Shown here piece by piece: positions 1 to 9,125 of a DNA stretch of 64,000 nucleotides. Origin of the DNA: Acutalibacteraceae bacterium. GTDB lineage: Bacteria; Bacillota; Clostridia; Oscillospirales; Acutalibacteraceae. Each line of letters opens with the position of its first letter. The first letter of the stretch is position 1. The position numbers and the translations under genes were made by a program. The DNA is taken from NCBI GenBank assembly GCA_045630885.1, contig JAZQTQ010000034.1, positions 18,606-82,605 of the forward strand, in the 5' to 3' direction. The notes beneath the pieces are model-generated. The model saw only the letters and a program-made list of their open reading frames with translations, ran no database searches and was not told the DNA's origin.

Positions 1-880
1 GCTCAAGCATAATGCTTGTTTCAAGAAAAACGGTTTCTTTGATTTTTTCCATAAGCAAAATCACATCATGGCAAGTTGCCCCACCTATATTTATAACAAA
101 TCCGGCGTGCTTTTCGCTTACCTGTGCGCCGCCAACCGTCGCGCCCTTCAAATTGCATTTTTCAATAAGCGCGCCTGCAAAATTACCTGTTGGTCTTTTA
201 AACGTACTTCCTGCGCTCGCATATTCAAGGGGCTGTTTTTCTCTTCTTCTTGAAAGAAGTTCATCCATTTGGGCTTTGATATTTTCCCGTCTTTCAGGAC
301 TGAGCCTAAATTTCGCGCTTATTATGATTTTATCGGTTTCTGAAAAAATGCTTTTTCTATAACCCAGTTGCAAACTTGACACGTCGGCTTGAACAACATT
401 TCCGTTTTCATCGATATAGGTGCACTCCTTAATTACGGCACTGATATCCGAGCCGTATGCCCCCGCATTCATATAAACCGCTCCACCGACAGTTCCGGGG
501 ATTCCCCAAGCAAACTCGAACCCCGAAAGTTGATTCTCCAGCGCAGTTAAGCAAAGTTTTGAAAGCTTTGCGCCCGCAAAAGCAGTTATTTCAATAGCAT
601 TATCAAGTTTTACCTCATTAAGTTCGGTCAAGCTTATAACTGCTCCTTCTATTCCCAAGTCTGATACAAGAAGATTAGAGCCGTTTCCCAAAACAAAATA
701 AGGTATTTCGTGTTTTTTGCAAAGATTTAAAACGAGTTTAATTTCATCAATATTTTTAGGCTCAACGAAAAAATCAGCGCTACCTCCAATTTTAAACGTA
801 GTGTGATTTGCCATTATTTCATTTTCTCTGAAATTGATATTCCTCTCATTCAGTGCTTCGCAAAAAGCGGTTGTATTCAT
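1..880 (-). CDS. murB: UDP-N-acetylenolpyruvoylglucosamine reductase MurB (3' end runs off window)
   Basis: Minus-strand translation from the ATG at 878-880 reads MNTTAFCEALNERNINFRENEIMANHTTFKIGGSADFFVEPKNIDEIKLVL...GNGSNLLVSD, the FAD-binding MurB N-terminus. The frame stays open to the window edge (...GGATCHDVILLMEKIKETV). It is absent from the ORF track because no stop lies in the window. Confidence 0.85.
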   Translation of the reverse strand, partial: MNTTAFCEALNERNINFRENEIMANHTTFKIGGSADFFVEPKNIDEIKLVLNLCKKHEIPYFVLGNGSNLLVSDLGIEGAVISLTELNEVKLDNAIEITAFAGAKLSKLCLTALENQLSGFEFAWGIPGTVGGAVYMNAGAYGSDISAVIKECTYIDENGNVVQADVSSLQLGYRKSIFSETDKIIISAKFRLSPERRENIKAQMDELLSRRREKQPLEYASAGSTFKRPTGNFAGALIEKCNLKGATVGGAQVSEKHAGFVINIGGATCHDVILLMEKIKETVFLETSIMLE

Positions 881-892
881 TTAAACAACACC

Positions 893-1846
893 TTAATCAT
901 AAATTTTATCAAGCATAGCGGCGCCGATGATACCTGCATCATTACCAAGCTGAGCTGTTTTAATTTCAGTTTGTTTATCAATATTTTTGGAGAATCTTTC
1001 GTCAAGGAAAGGACGGATTCTTGAAAGAAGGGTTTCTCCTTCTTTGGAAATTCCGCCTCCTATACAAAGAATTTCAGGCTGGAATACATTGATTATATTT
1101 ACAATTCCCACTGCAACATAATGGCAATATTCATCAACCACCTCTTCGCCCCATTTATCTCCTAATCGCATCGCATCAAAAGAAGTTCTTCCGTTTACTG
1201 CATCAATATCCCCCGATACGAGGTCCCACATCTTGCTATCTTTATGTTCGAGCATTTTGGCTTTAGTTTGGCGAATAAGGGCAGTTGCAGAAGCATACGC
1301 CTCCCAACAACCTCTTCTTCCGCAGTTACACGGTTCGCCGTCAAATTTTATAACGGTGTGGCCTAATTCACCACCTGCGAAATTGCTTCCCAAGAGCATT
1401 TTTCCTCCGATGATTGTTCCGCCGCCAACACCGGTTCCTAACGTTATTGCAACGAAATCACTTGAGCCTTTTCCTGCTCCTGCAATCATTTCACCAAGAG
1501 CGGCTGCGTTTGCATCATTATCAATATGCACCTTTTTGCCTATTCTCTCTTCCAAAAGCGCAACAATAGGAGCATTTTCAAAGCCAAGGTTATTTGAAAA
1601 GCCGATTATACCCGTTACCGGGTTTACAGAACCGGGACAACCAATGCCAACAGCTTCAACTTGCTCTATAGAGATTTTTGCATCTTCAAGCGCAAGATTA
1701 ACTGCTTTTGCAATATCATCACAAATTTCTTCTACAGGTCTTGGAGCTCTTGTTTTAACTCCGCCTTTACCAACAATATTATAGTTTTCATCAACAACGC
1801 CAACTGCAATATTTGTTCCGCCTAAATCAATTCCAACTCTAAACAT
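893..1846 (-). CDS. glcK: ROK-family glucokinase
   Basis: 317-aa ORF. It has the N-terminal GIDLGGTN ATP-binding motif and the ROK Cys/His zinc motif (GHT...CNCGRRGCWE). An AGGAG RBS lies upstream. Confidence 0.85.
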   Translation of the reverse strand: MFRVGIDLGGTNIAVGVVDENYNIVGKGGVKTRAPRPVEEICDDIAKAVNLALEDAKISIEQVEAVGIGCPGSVNPVTGIIGFSNNLGFENAPIVALLEERIGKKVHIDNDANAAALGEMIAGAGKGSSDFVAITLGTGVGGGTIIGGKMLLGSNFAGGELGHTVIKFDGEPCNCGRRGCWEAYASATALIRQTKAKMLEHKDSKMWDLVSGDIDAVNGRTSFDAMRLGDKWGEEVVDEYCHYVAVGIVNIINVFQPEILCIGGGISKEGETLLSRIRPFLDERFSKNIDKQTEIKTAQLGNDAGIIGAAMLDKIYD

Positions 1847-1864
1847 TTTAATTTTCTCCTAATT

Positions 1865-2827
1865 TTAAAAGGGATCAACCTCTTTATTTTCTTTTGCAAG
1901 TTCGGGGTCTTCCATTCCAAGTTTTGTTAAAAGTTCTGCCGCTGCATTATATCCAAGTTTTTTCTGCCTGTTATTCATAGCCGCAACCTCAATAACAACA
2001 GCAAGATTTCTTCCCGGTTTTACAGGGATACTTACCGACACAACGTCTAACCCTAAAATATTCGTAGTTTCGGAAGTTAATCCCATTCTATCATAAACCT
2101 TATTGGAATCCCACGCCTCCAGATTTATAATCATATCAATTTTTTCGGTTAGTTTAACAGAACCTACGCCGAATATTCTTCTTACGTTAACGATTCCTAT
2201 TCCGCGAAGTTCAATAAAATGCCTTATGTTTTCGGGCGCAGAACCAACAAGGGATTTAGAAGAAACCTTTCTTATTTCAACCGCATCGTCAGCTATAAGA
2301 CGATGACCTCTTTTAACCAGCTCTATTGCGGTTTCGCTTTTACCTATTCCGCTATCGCCCAGAATAAGAACACCCTCGCCATATACCTCGACAAGAACGC
2401 CGTGTCTAACAACTCTCGGAGCCAACTGAACGTTAAGAAAAGCAATAAGAGCTGACATAAAAGAAGATGTTGCGTCGCTTGTTCTTAAAATCGGTATTTC
2501 ATATTGCTTGGCCGATTCGAGCATTAAATCCGAAACGGGAAGACTGCGGGTTAAAACAACTACCGGCGGTTTATGTTCAAAAAAAGTTTTGATTATCCTT
2601 TCGCATTCTTTTGGCGTGTGGTTATAAAGAAAGCTATCCTCGCTTCTTCCTATAACTTGAATTCTGGCATCGTCGTAATATTCATAATCTCCGCTGAACT
2701 GTATACCCGGTTTATTAATTTCGGGACTATAAATTAAAATTTCTTCCGGTTCTTTTGGAGAATAAACAACCTCTAGAGAAAAATCTTTAATTATCTTTGA
2801 AAGCGGTACTGAATATTCCGTTTTCAT
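1865..2827 (-). CDS. hprK: HPr kinase/phosphorylase
   Basis: Contains the Walker A GDSGIGKSETAIELVKRGHRLIADD signature of HprK/P. I chose the second ATG (MKTEYSVPL) because GGGAG lies 8 nt upstream. The track ORF starts 5 codons earlier. Confidence 0.9.
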   Translation of the reverse strand: MKTEYSVPLSKIIKDFSLEVVYSPKEPEEILIYSPEINKPGIQFSGDYEYYDDARIQVIGRSEDSFLYNHTPKECERIIKTFFEHKPPVVVLTRSLPVSDLMLESAKQYEIPILRTSDATSSFMSALIAFLNVQLAPRVVRHGVLVEVYGEGVLILGDSGIGKSETAIELVKRGHRLIADDAVEIRKVSSKSLVGSAPENIRHFIELRGIGIVNVRRIFGVGSVKLTEKIDMIINLEAWDSNKVYDRMGLTSETTNILGLDVVSVSIPVKPGRNLAVVIEVAAMNNRQKKLGYNAAAELLTKLGMEDPELAKENKEVDPF

Positions 2828-2922
2828 CGAGTTCACTCCCATCTGCTTTTAATATCCTTCCATATTATACTATATATTTTCTGAAATTAATAGATGTAAA
2901 TTAAACTTTTTTCATTTTTTTC

Positions 2923-2951
2923 TTGAAAAATTTTCGCTTTTACCTTATAAT
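2923..2951 (+). promoter_or_regulatory. Sigma-A type promoter upstream of ychF
   Basis: TTGAAA (2923-2928), 17-nt spacer, TATAAT (2946-2951), about 50 nt upstream of the ychF start. Confidence 0.5.
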
Positions 2952-2999
2952 ATGCTTATATTATTATGTAAAAAGCAATTTTGGAGGTTATTTTTTATT

Positions 3000-4094
3000 A
3001 TGAAACTCGGTATTGTAGGTTTGCCAAACGTCGGCAAATCAACCCTTTTTAACGCTATCACTTCTGCGGGTGCCCAATCTGCAAACTACCCTTTCTGCAC
3101 AATTGAGCCTAACGTTGGCATGGTTTCGGTTCCCGATGAAAGACTGGATAAATTAGCCGAAATGTATGACCCTGATAAATTCACACCCGCCACTATCGAA
3201 TTTGTTGATATTGCAGGTCTTGTTAAGGGCGCATCTAAAGGCGAAGGTTTAGGAAATAAATTCCTTTCTCATATAAGAGAGGTTGATGCAATCGTTCACG
3301 TTGTTCGTTGCTTTGAAGACACCAACATAGTTCACGTTGACGGTTCAATTAATCCCGAAAGAGATATTGAAACTATAAATCTCGAACTCATCTTCTCCGA
3401 TATGGAGATGGTTGAAAACAGAATCGCCAAGGTTTCAAAGCTTATGAAGGGCGATAAATCTCTGGCTTCGGAAGTTGATTTCCTTAAAAGACTTTATGAT
3501 CACCTCGAATCTGGTCTTCCCGCGCGTTCTTTAGAAAAGACGGAAGACGAGGAAGGCTTTATGAAGGACGTTGCTTTGCTTTCTTCAAAGCCCGTTATTT
3601 ATGCTTGCAATATGAGCGAAGATGATTTTGCCTCAGGCGTTAATTCCAATCCATTCTTCAAAAAGGTTGAAGCATTGGCTCTTAAAGAAAATGCAGAAAC
3701 GCTCCCAATCTGCGCAGAATTAGAAGCACAGATTTCGGAGCTTTCGGAAGACGAAAAAGAACTGTTCTTATCCGAACTTGGACTTGAACAATCAGGTCTT
3801 GAAAGACTTATAAAAAAATGTTACGCTCTTTTAGGACTTATCTCTTATCTAACCGCAGGAAAACCTGAAGTTAGAGCGTGGACAATAACTAACGGCACGA
3901 AAGCACCTCAAGCCGCTGGAAAAATCCACACAGATTTTGAAAGAGGATTCATAAGAGCTGAAGTAGTTTCATTTGATGACCTTATGGCTTCGGGCACTAT
4001 GGCTGCCGCAAAAGAAAAAGGTCTTGTCAGAAGCGAAGGCAAAGAATACGTTATGCAAGATGGAGATATAGTTTTATTCCGATTTAACGTTTAA
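3000..4094 (+). CDS. ychF: Ribosome-binding ATPase YchF
   Basis: MKLGIVGLPNVGKSTLFNA G1 motif and a C-terminal TGS-like domain (YVMQDGDIVLFRFNV). GGAGG lies about 11 nt upstream of the ATG at 3000. The track ORF has a spurious N-terminal extension from 2952. Confidence 0.9.
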   Translation: MKLGIVGLPNVGKSTLFNAITSAGAQSANYPFCTIEPNVGMVSVPDERLDKLAEMYDPDKFTPATIEFVDIAGLVKGASKGEGLGNKFLSHIREVDAIVHVVRCFEDTNIVHVDGSINPERDIETINLELIFSDMEMVENRIAKVSKLMKGDKSLASEVDFLKRLYDHLESGLPARSLEKTEDEEGFMKDVALLSSKPVIYACNMSEDDFASGVNSNPFFKKVEALALKENAETLPICAELEAQISELSEDEKELFLSELGLEQSGLERLIKKCYALLGLISYLTAGKPEVRAWTITNGTKAPQAAGKIHTDFERGFIRAEVVSFDDLMASGTMAAAKEKGLVRSEGKEYVMQDGDIVLFRFNV

Positions 4095-4121
4095 AAAATT
4101 TATTTTTAGGAGATTAGCGAA

Positions 4122-6719
4122 ATGATTTGGCATAGTTCCCCTATCGAAAGCGTTATTACTGAGCTTAAAACAAATCTGCAAACGGGTTTATCTTCTCAAG
4201 ATGCTCAAGCAAGGCTCGATAAAATTAACAGCAAGCGAAAAAAGACAAAACAAAAGACCTCATACCTGTCAGCGCTTCTTAAAGAAATCAAATCCGCAAC
4301 ATATATTTTTATGCTTATTATGGCTGTTGTTGCAATAGTTTTTCATTTGATTTTTAACGAGTTTAGCATTACTGAAGCTGTTGTAATAATGGCATTAACC
4401 ATTATTAAAGCAATATTAACCGCTTTTGTTAAATGGCATTATCTTTATGACATTGATAAAATGAAATCGGCGGAAAAATCAACCGTAACCGTTTTAAGAA
4501 ATGGAAAATCAATGAAAATTGATTCTGATAAGGTTGTTCCCGGAGATATTATATACGTTACCGAAGGCGACTATGTTCCTGCAGATGCTCGTCTAATTAA
4601 AATTACAGAACTGCACTGCGATGAATATAATATCACGGGCGAAACCGTTCCGACCCAAAAGAACACTTCTGCTTTGCTTCAAGATATTTCTCCTATTGAA
4701 GAACGCGAAAATATGATTTTTGCAGGATCTCATATATTATCAGGAAGCGGCGTTGCCGTTGTTACAGAAATCGGAGATTACACCGAATATGGCAAAAAGA
4801 CTATTGAAACAAAGGAAGATAACGGATTTATGCTTCCTCTAGAAACGCGACTTTCCCAGCTTGGAAGACTTTTAGATATAGGTCTTGTCGTTGTTTCAAT
4901 GATCCTTTTCATATTAGGTCTTATCGTTAATCTTGTAAACGAGAATACGTTTTTAAATTCTCTTTTCAATTCGATATTCTCTGCAACCGCTTTATTAATG
5001 ACCTTCCTTCCCTCTCTTATCACGCTTATAGCAACCGCTTCAATTTCCAGAGGCATCAGAAGAATGAAAGCAAGCGGTATATCCATCTTTGATCCCAAAT
5101 CAATCGATAAAATTGCTAAGCTTGACGTTATCTGTGCAGACAAGACGGGTTCTTTCACGCAAAGCAAAATGGTTCTTACTCAAATGTTTGACGGATTCAA
5201 TCTTGTTAACGTCAAAACCGAGCCTGTGTCAGGCGAATTTAATTTCCTGCTCAGAATTGCAGCGCTTTGTTGTGATGGCGAGGTTAAATTGGCTAACGGA
5301 CGTAGAATAGAATCGGGAGATTCAACCCAGACAGCGATCATTGCCGCTTCTATGGAGCTTTTAGGGCTTAGCAAATACGACCTCGATAACATTTACCCCC
5401 GAATGGCTGAACTACCATTTAACCCTGACAGAAAGCTTATGACCACAGTCAATCTTATAGATGGCAGCACTTACGCAATCGTCAGAGGTTCTGTTGAAGC
5501 CCTTTCGGAAAAATGTTCGGGGGATATTCAGCCCTTCCTAAAGGCCGCAAATGAAATGAGCGAAAAGAACTTAAGAGCGGTCGGTGTTGCAATAAAGCCC
5601 ATAGATGAATATAGCCCTGACCTCTCCCCCGACGAGCTCGAATGTAACCTTAATTTTGTTGGTATTCTCGGACTTGCAGATATGCCAAGACTTGATTCCA
5701 AAAAGGCGGTTAAAGCTTGTCAAAAAGCAGGTATGAAGGTTATAATGTTCACGGGAGATCACCCTTCCGCCGCTTTCGCAACTGCGCAAAAAATCAGAAT
5801 TGCAAATTCCGAAGAACAAGTTGTTTCAGGCGAACAAATCTCTCAGATGAGCGACGAAGAATTATTAACGTCTATCGAAAAATACACTGTTTTTGCCAGA
5901 GTTACCGCAGATGACCGATGCAGAATAGTTGAAGCTTTAAAGGATAACGGACACATTGTTGCCACTACAGGTGATAGCGCTCAAAACACCGCTTCTCTTC
6001 GCTTGGCAGACATCGGCTATTCTTTAGGCAAAACGGGTAGCGATGTTGCAATTTGCTCCTCTGAGGTTGTTATCGAAGACGATAGCTTTTCAACTGTTGT
6101 TGAATCAGTTAGAGATTGCCGAGGCATCTTCCATAATATTTCCAAAGCCTCAAAATTCTTCTTGGCTTCTGCTTTCGGAATGATATTCTCAATTCTTTTG
6201 GGTTATTTGATTTTTGGAACTGCACCAACTTCAGCCGCAATAATTTTGCTTTCAATTCTTTCGGCTTCTCTTATGCCTCTTGGAATGGTTTATGAAAAAT
6301 CGGAAAACAAGGACATTAATCTAACAATCGACAACGACGCAAACATTTTTAACTCCAAATACCTCGCTGACGTTATTTTTAATGGTGCTATTTTCGCAAT
6401 AACCTATCTTGTTGCCCATTCCATAGGGGCAAGCATGGAAAGCGTTATAGACGGCACTTCCGCTTCGAATTTTGCCATTATAACAACCGCTATCACTCAT
6501 TGGTTGTCGGCGATTATGTTGAGAAACGAAAACACCTTTATAAGTTTTGATTTTTCCAATAAGCGAATATTTATTTTTGCAGGTGCCGGATTTGTAACAC
6601 TGCTCGTTTTAAGTCTTATTTTCTTCAATATCGGCATTTTAAATTGGTTTATATGTTTACTCATCGCTCTAATATCAACCTTCGTTTTAAACTGTATTAA
6701 GGTTATCAGAGCTAACTAA
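4122..6719 (+). CDS. P-type (Ca2+/cation-type, P2-like) ATPase homolog with degenerate catalytic and ion-site motifs
   Basis: 865 aa with the overall P-type architecture: N-terminal cation-ATPase domain, TGET (for TGES), ICADKTGSFT (for DKTGTLT), TGDHPSAA, and about 10 predicted TM segments. The hinge motif reads TGDSAQNTASLR instead of GDGxNDxPAL, and M4 reads FLPSLI instead of PEGLP. Confidence 0.8.
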   Translation: MIWHSSPIESVITELKTNLQTGLSSQDAQARLDKINSKRKKTKQKTSYLSALLKEIKSATYIFMLIMAVVAIVFHLIFNEFSITEAVVIMALTIIKAILTAFVKWHYLYDIDKMKSAEKSTVTVLRNGKSMKIDSDKVVPGDIIYVTEGDYVPADARLIKITELHCDEYNITGETVPTQKNTSALLQDISPIEERENMIFAGSHILSGSGVAVVTEIGDYTEYGKKTIETKEDNGFMLPLETRLSQLGRLLDIGLVVVSMILFILGLIVNLVNENTFLNSLFNSIFSATALLMTFLPSLITLIATASISRGIRRMKASGISIFDPKSIDKIAKLDVICADKTGSFTQSKMVLTQMFDGFNLVNVKTEPVSGEFNFLLRIAALCCDGEVKLANGRRIESGDSTQTAIIAASMELLGLSKYDLDNIYPRMAELPFNPDRKLMTTVNLIDGSTYAIVRGSVEALSEKCSGDIQPFLKAANEMSEKNLRAVGVAIKPIDEYSPDLSPDELECNLNFVGILGLADMPRLDSKKAVKACQKAGMKVIMFTGDHPSAAFATAQKIRIANSEEQVVSGEQISQMSDEELLTSIEKYTVFARVTADDRCRIVEALKDNGHIVATTGDSAQNTASLRLADIGYSLGKTGSDVAICSSEVVIEDDSFSTVVESVRDCRGIFHNISKASKFFLASAFGMIFSILLGYLIFGTAPTSAAIILLSILSASLMPLGMVYEKSENKDINLTIDNDANIFNSKYLADVIFNGAIFAITYLVAHSIGASMESVIDGTSASNFAIITTAITHWLSAIMLRNENTFISFDFSNKRIFIFAGAGFVTLLVLSLIFFNIGILNWFICLLIALISTFVLNCIKVIRAN

Positions 6720-6724
6720 AAAAT

Positions 6725-6758
6725 AAGAGAGTTAGGCAATTCGCTTAACTCTCTTTTA
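6725..6758 (+). terminator. Rho-independent terminator after the P-type ATPase gene
   Basis: Hairpin AAGAGAGTTA...TAACTCTCTT followed by TTTAT. Confidence 0.6.
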
Positions 6759-7000
6759 TTATATAAGAAAACGCCAAGTCTGGAAGCTAACGCAAAACCT
6801 TGACGTTTTTTTAAATTGTATTTTAATCTTCTAACGTATCCAACTTTTCGGTATGGTTATCGCCAAAACCAAGCATTGAAAGATTTAGTTCAACACAATA
6901 ATCATCCGGTTGAAGAATAAGTATTTCGACAGTTGGTTTTTCATACTTTTTTTCATTTTTGGATATTGTACCTAATCGTCAAGTTTCCATAGAGAAGATT

Positions 7001-7044
7001 GAAAAAGTAAAATCGACAAGCTTTTTGCGAAACTTGTCGATTTT
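7001..7044 (-). terminator. Rho-independent terminator of ssrA
   Basis: On the minus strand, directly after the tmRNA CCA end: stem ATCGACAAG / CTTGTCGAT followed by TTTACTTTTT. Confidence 0.6.
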
Positions 7045-7396
7045 TGGTGGAGGCGGCGGGAGTCGAACCCGCGTCCAAAAGCATTTCCGTAAAGGCATCT
7101 CCGAGTGCAGTCATTTTATTGGGATTCCCCTCACCTTGCGCCAAATGACAGGCTCAAGGCTACGGTAGTTTCTAATACCTGACGGATGCCGAAACACTCA
7201 TCCGTTCATGTGCACCGCTAATCGACGCCCTTTTCTTGAGCGCGGTAATTCAAGAAAGGACGGCTGCTATTAATTAAGCAGCAAGAGCAACTTTATTGTT
7301 GTCGTTTATTTTTTAAAAATTGCGGATTTTAAAGCGGTTCCGCACCGCTACTCGCTTCCCTTACTTCAACACCCCTGTCGAAACCTTTACGCCCCC
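7045..7396 (-). ncRNA. ssrA: tmRNA (SsrA)
   Basis: The minus strand begins GGGGGCGTAAAGGTTTCGACAGGGG and ends GGACGCGGGTTCGACTCCCGCCGCCTCCACCA, giving the tRNA-Ala-like acceptor and T-arm with encoded CCA. An internal tag frame reads ...AAC GAC AAC AAT AAA GTT GCT CTT GCT GCT TAA (...NDNNKVALAA stop). It lies next to smpB. Confidence 0.9.
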
Positions 7397-7419
7397 ATAT
7401 ATAATAATATTGCTCTTAT

Positions 7420-7881
7420 TTATCGATTTTGTTCTTTCATTGCTCTGTCAATATCTCGTTCAGCGGATTTTTTCGCCATATCTGCACGCTTATCGTAGAG
7501 TTTTTTACCCTTACAAAGCCCCAACTGCAGCTTAATTCTGGAGCCTTTAAAATAAAGAGAGAGAGGAATTAGGGTTAAACCTTCTTGCTTTGTCAAACCA
7601 AAAAGCCTTAAAATTTCTCTTTTATGAAGCAGAAGTTTTCTTTCACGTCTTGAATCTCTATTGAATATATTTCCTTTTTCATAAGGACTTATGTGCATTC
7701 CTTTAACGAAAATTTCACCCTCATCAATAGAACACCAAGCGTCTTTAAGATTAACTCCTCCTTGTCTAACAGATTTAACCTCAGTTCCACAAAGGGCGAT
7801 ACCGGCTTCAATAGATTCAATAACAAAGTAATCATGAAGCGCTTTTCTGTTAACCGCAATTTGCTTATTATTTTCTTTCAC
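7420..7881 (-). CDS. smpB: SsrA-binding protein SmpB
   Basis: [32 protein letters not shown]...[12 protein letters not shown] is canonical SmpB. The start is uncertain. I prefer the GTG at 7881 (GAAGGTGA RBS 5 nt upstream). The track ORF extends to the GTG at 7926. Confidence 0.9.
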   Translation of the reverse strand: MKENNKQIAVNRKALHDYFVIESIEAGIALCGTEVKSVRQGGVNLKDAWCSIDEGEIFVKGMHISPYEKGNIFNRDSRRERKLLLHKREILRLFGLTKQEGLTLIPLSLYFKGSRIKLQLGLCKGKKLYDKRADMAKKSAERDIDRAMKEQNR

Positions 7882-7972
7882 CGATATCACCTTCTTTTCT
7901 TTTTTCTGCAGATTGAATTTTATCACAAAACTGCGATTTTTTCAACAATATTTTTTCGACAAAATTGCCCTC

Positions 7973-9103
7973 TTATATACGCTTGCCAATCCTCGGAATT
8001 GCCTCGTTTTTAAATTCATCAAAGCAATCGTTATCCAAGGCTTCTCTGATATCTTCCATAAGCTTATTATAGAAATGCAGATTATGAAGCACCGCGAGCC
8101 TCATTCCGAGCATTTCTCCTGCTTTAAGCAAGTGTTTTATATATGCTCTAGAAAAGTTCTTGCAAGCGGGACAGTTACAATTCGGGTCGATTGGCAAAGG
8201 ATCTCTATCATATTTTTGATTATTAAGATTTATTATACCGAGAGATGTGAACACGTGTCCATGGCGCGCATTTCGGCTAGGCATAACACAATCAAACAAA
8301 TCGACACCTCTTGCCACACCTTCTATAATATTAACCGGAGTTCCAACCCCCATTAAATATCTGGGTTTATCTTTTGGCATAAAAGGTTCAACCGCCTCGA
8401 TAATACGATACATTTCTTCAGCGCTTTCACCAACTGCAAGTCCGCCTATTGCATATCCCGGAAGGTCGAGTTCTGCAATTTTTTTCATATGTTCAACCCT
8501 CAAATCAGCATAGGTGGAACCTTGATTTATACCAAAAAGCATTTGGTTCTTATTAACAGTATCGGGCAAAGAATTAAGCCTCGCCATTTCTTCTTTGCAA
8601 CGAACCAACCAACGATAGGTTCTGTCGCAAGAATTTTTAACGTAATCTCTGGGCGCAGGATTTTCAATACACTCATCGAAAGCCATAGCAATAGTCGAGC
8701 CCAGATTAGATTGAATTTGCATACTTTCTTCGGGCCCCATAAAAATTTTTCTTCCGTCGATATGCGAATTAAAGGTTACGCCTTCTTCTTTAATTTTTCT
8801 GAGAGATGCCAAAGAAAATACCTGAAATCCACCACTATCCGTTAGAATAGGTTTGCTCCAATTTGCAAATTTATGAAGCCCGCCCATTTCTTTAACGACC
8901 TTATCGCCCGGTCGCAGATGCAAATGGTATGTATTGCAAAGCATTACCTGACAATCAACCGTTTCCAAATCAGGCGCAGAAACTCCGCCCTTAATTGCGG
9001 CGGCGGTTGCCACATTCATAAAAGCAGGGGTTTGAACTGTTCCGTGAACAGTTTGAAATTCGCCCCTTCGCGCAGTTCCATTATTTTTAATAAGTTTATA
9101 CAT
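7973..9103 (-). CDS. tgt: Queuine tRNA-ribosyltransferase
   Basis: 376 aa. Carries N-terminal ARRGEFQTVHGTVQTPAFMNV, DSGGFQ, and the zinc site CNCPAC...H. Confidence 0.95.
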   Translation of the reverse strand: MYKLIKNNGTARRGEFQTVHGTVQTPAFMNVATAAAIKGGVSAPDLETVDCQVMLCNTYHLHLRPGDKVVKEMGGLHKFANWSKPILTDSGGFQVFSLASLRKIKEEGVTFNSHIDGRKIFMGPEESMQIQSNLGSTIAMAFDECIENPAPRDYVKNSCDRTYRWLVRCKEEMARLNSLPDTVNKNQMLFGINQGSTYADLRVEHMKKIAELDLPGYAIGGLAVGESAEEMYRIIEAVEPFMPKDKPRYLMGVGTPVNIIEGVARGVDLFDCVMPSRNARHGHVFTSLGIINLNNQKYDRDPLPIDPNCNCPACKNFSRAYIKHLLKAGEMLGMRLAVLHNLHFYNKLMEDIREALDNDCFDEFKNEAIPRIGKRI

Positions 9104-9125
9104 ATTTTACCTCTTAAACATTAAA

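Noticed and set aside
1233-1784. Long antisense or alternative-frame ORFs nested inside well-supported genes. Examples: 1233-1784 in glcK, 4778-5167 in the ATPase, 7913-8356, 8489-8845 and 8873-9124 in tgt, 14421-14771 in mcsA, 15879-16202 in spoIVB, 16933-17253, 24010-24351 in the recombinase, 49564-50031 in rsgA, and 56781-57131 in def.
   Set aside because: Each lies entirely within, or opposite to, a longer ORF with clear family motifs, and has low-complexity or odd composition with no RBS. This is the typical shadow-ORF pattern of an AT-rich genome.
2952-2999. N-terminal extensions in track ORFs using TTG/GTG or upstream ATG starts. Affected genes: ychF 2952, hprK 2842, GH94 22782, recombinase 23018, licD 25749, tagH-like 29786, ptsH 36832, rimM 38299, glnN 40823, rlmN 53883, GDPD 61995, ymxH 17225.
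   Set aside because: In each case an internal start has a properly spaced Shine-Dalgarno motif and matches the canonical family N-terminus. The extensions overlap neighbouring genes or promoters.
6953-7535. Track ORFs 6953-7144(-), 6959-7168(+) and 7320-7535(+).
   Set aside because: They overlap the tmRNA gene (7045-7396) and its terminator. The RNA gene explains the sequence conservation features, and the ORFs lack an RBS.
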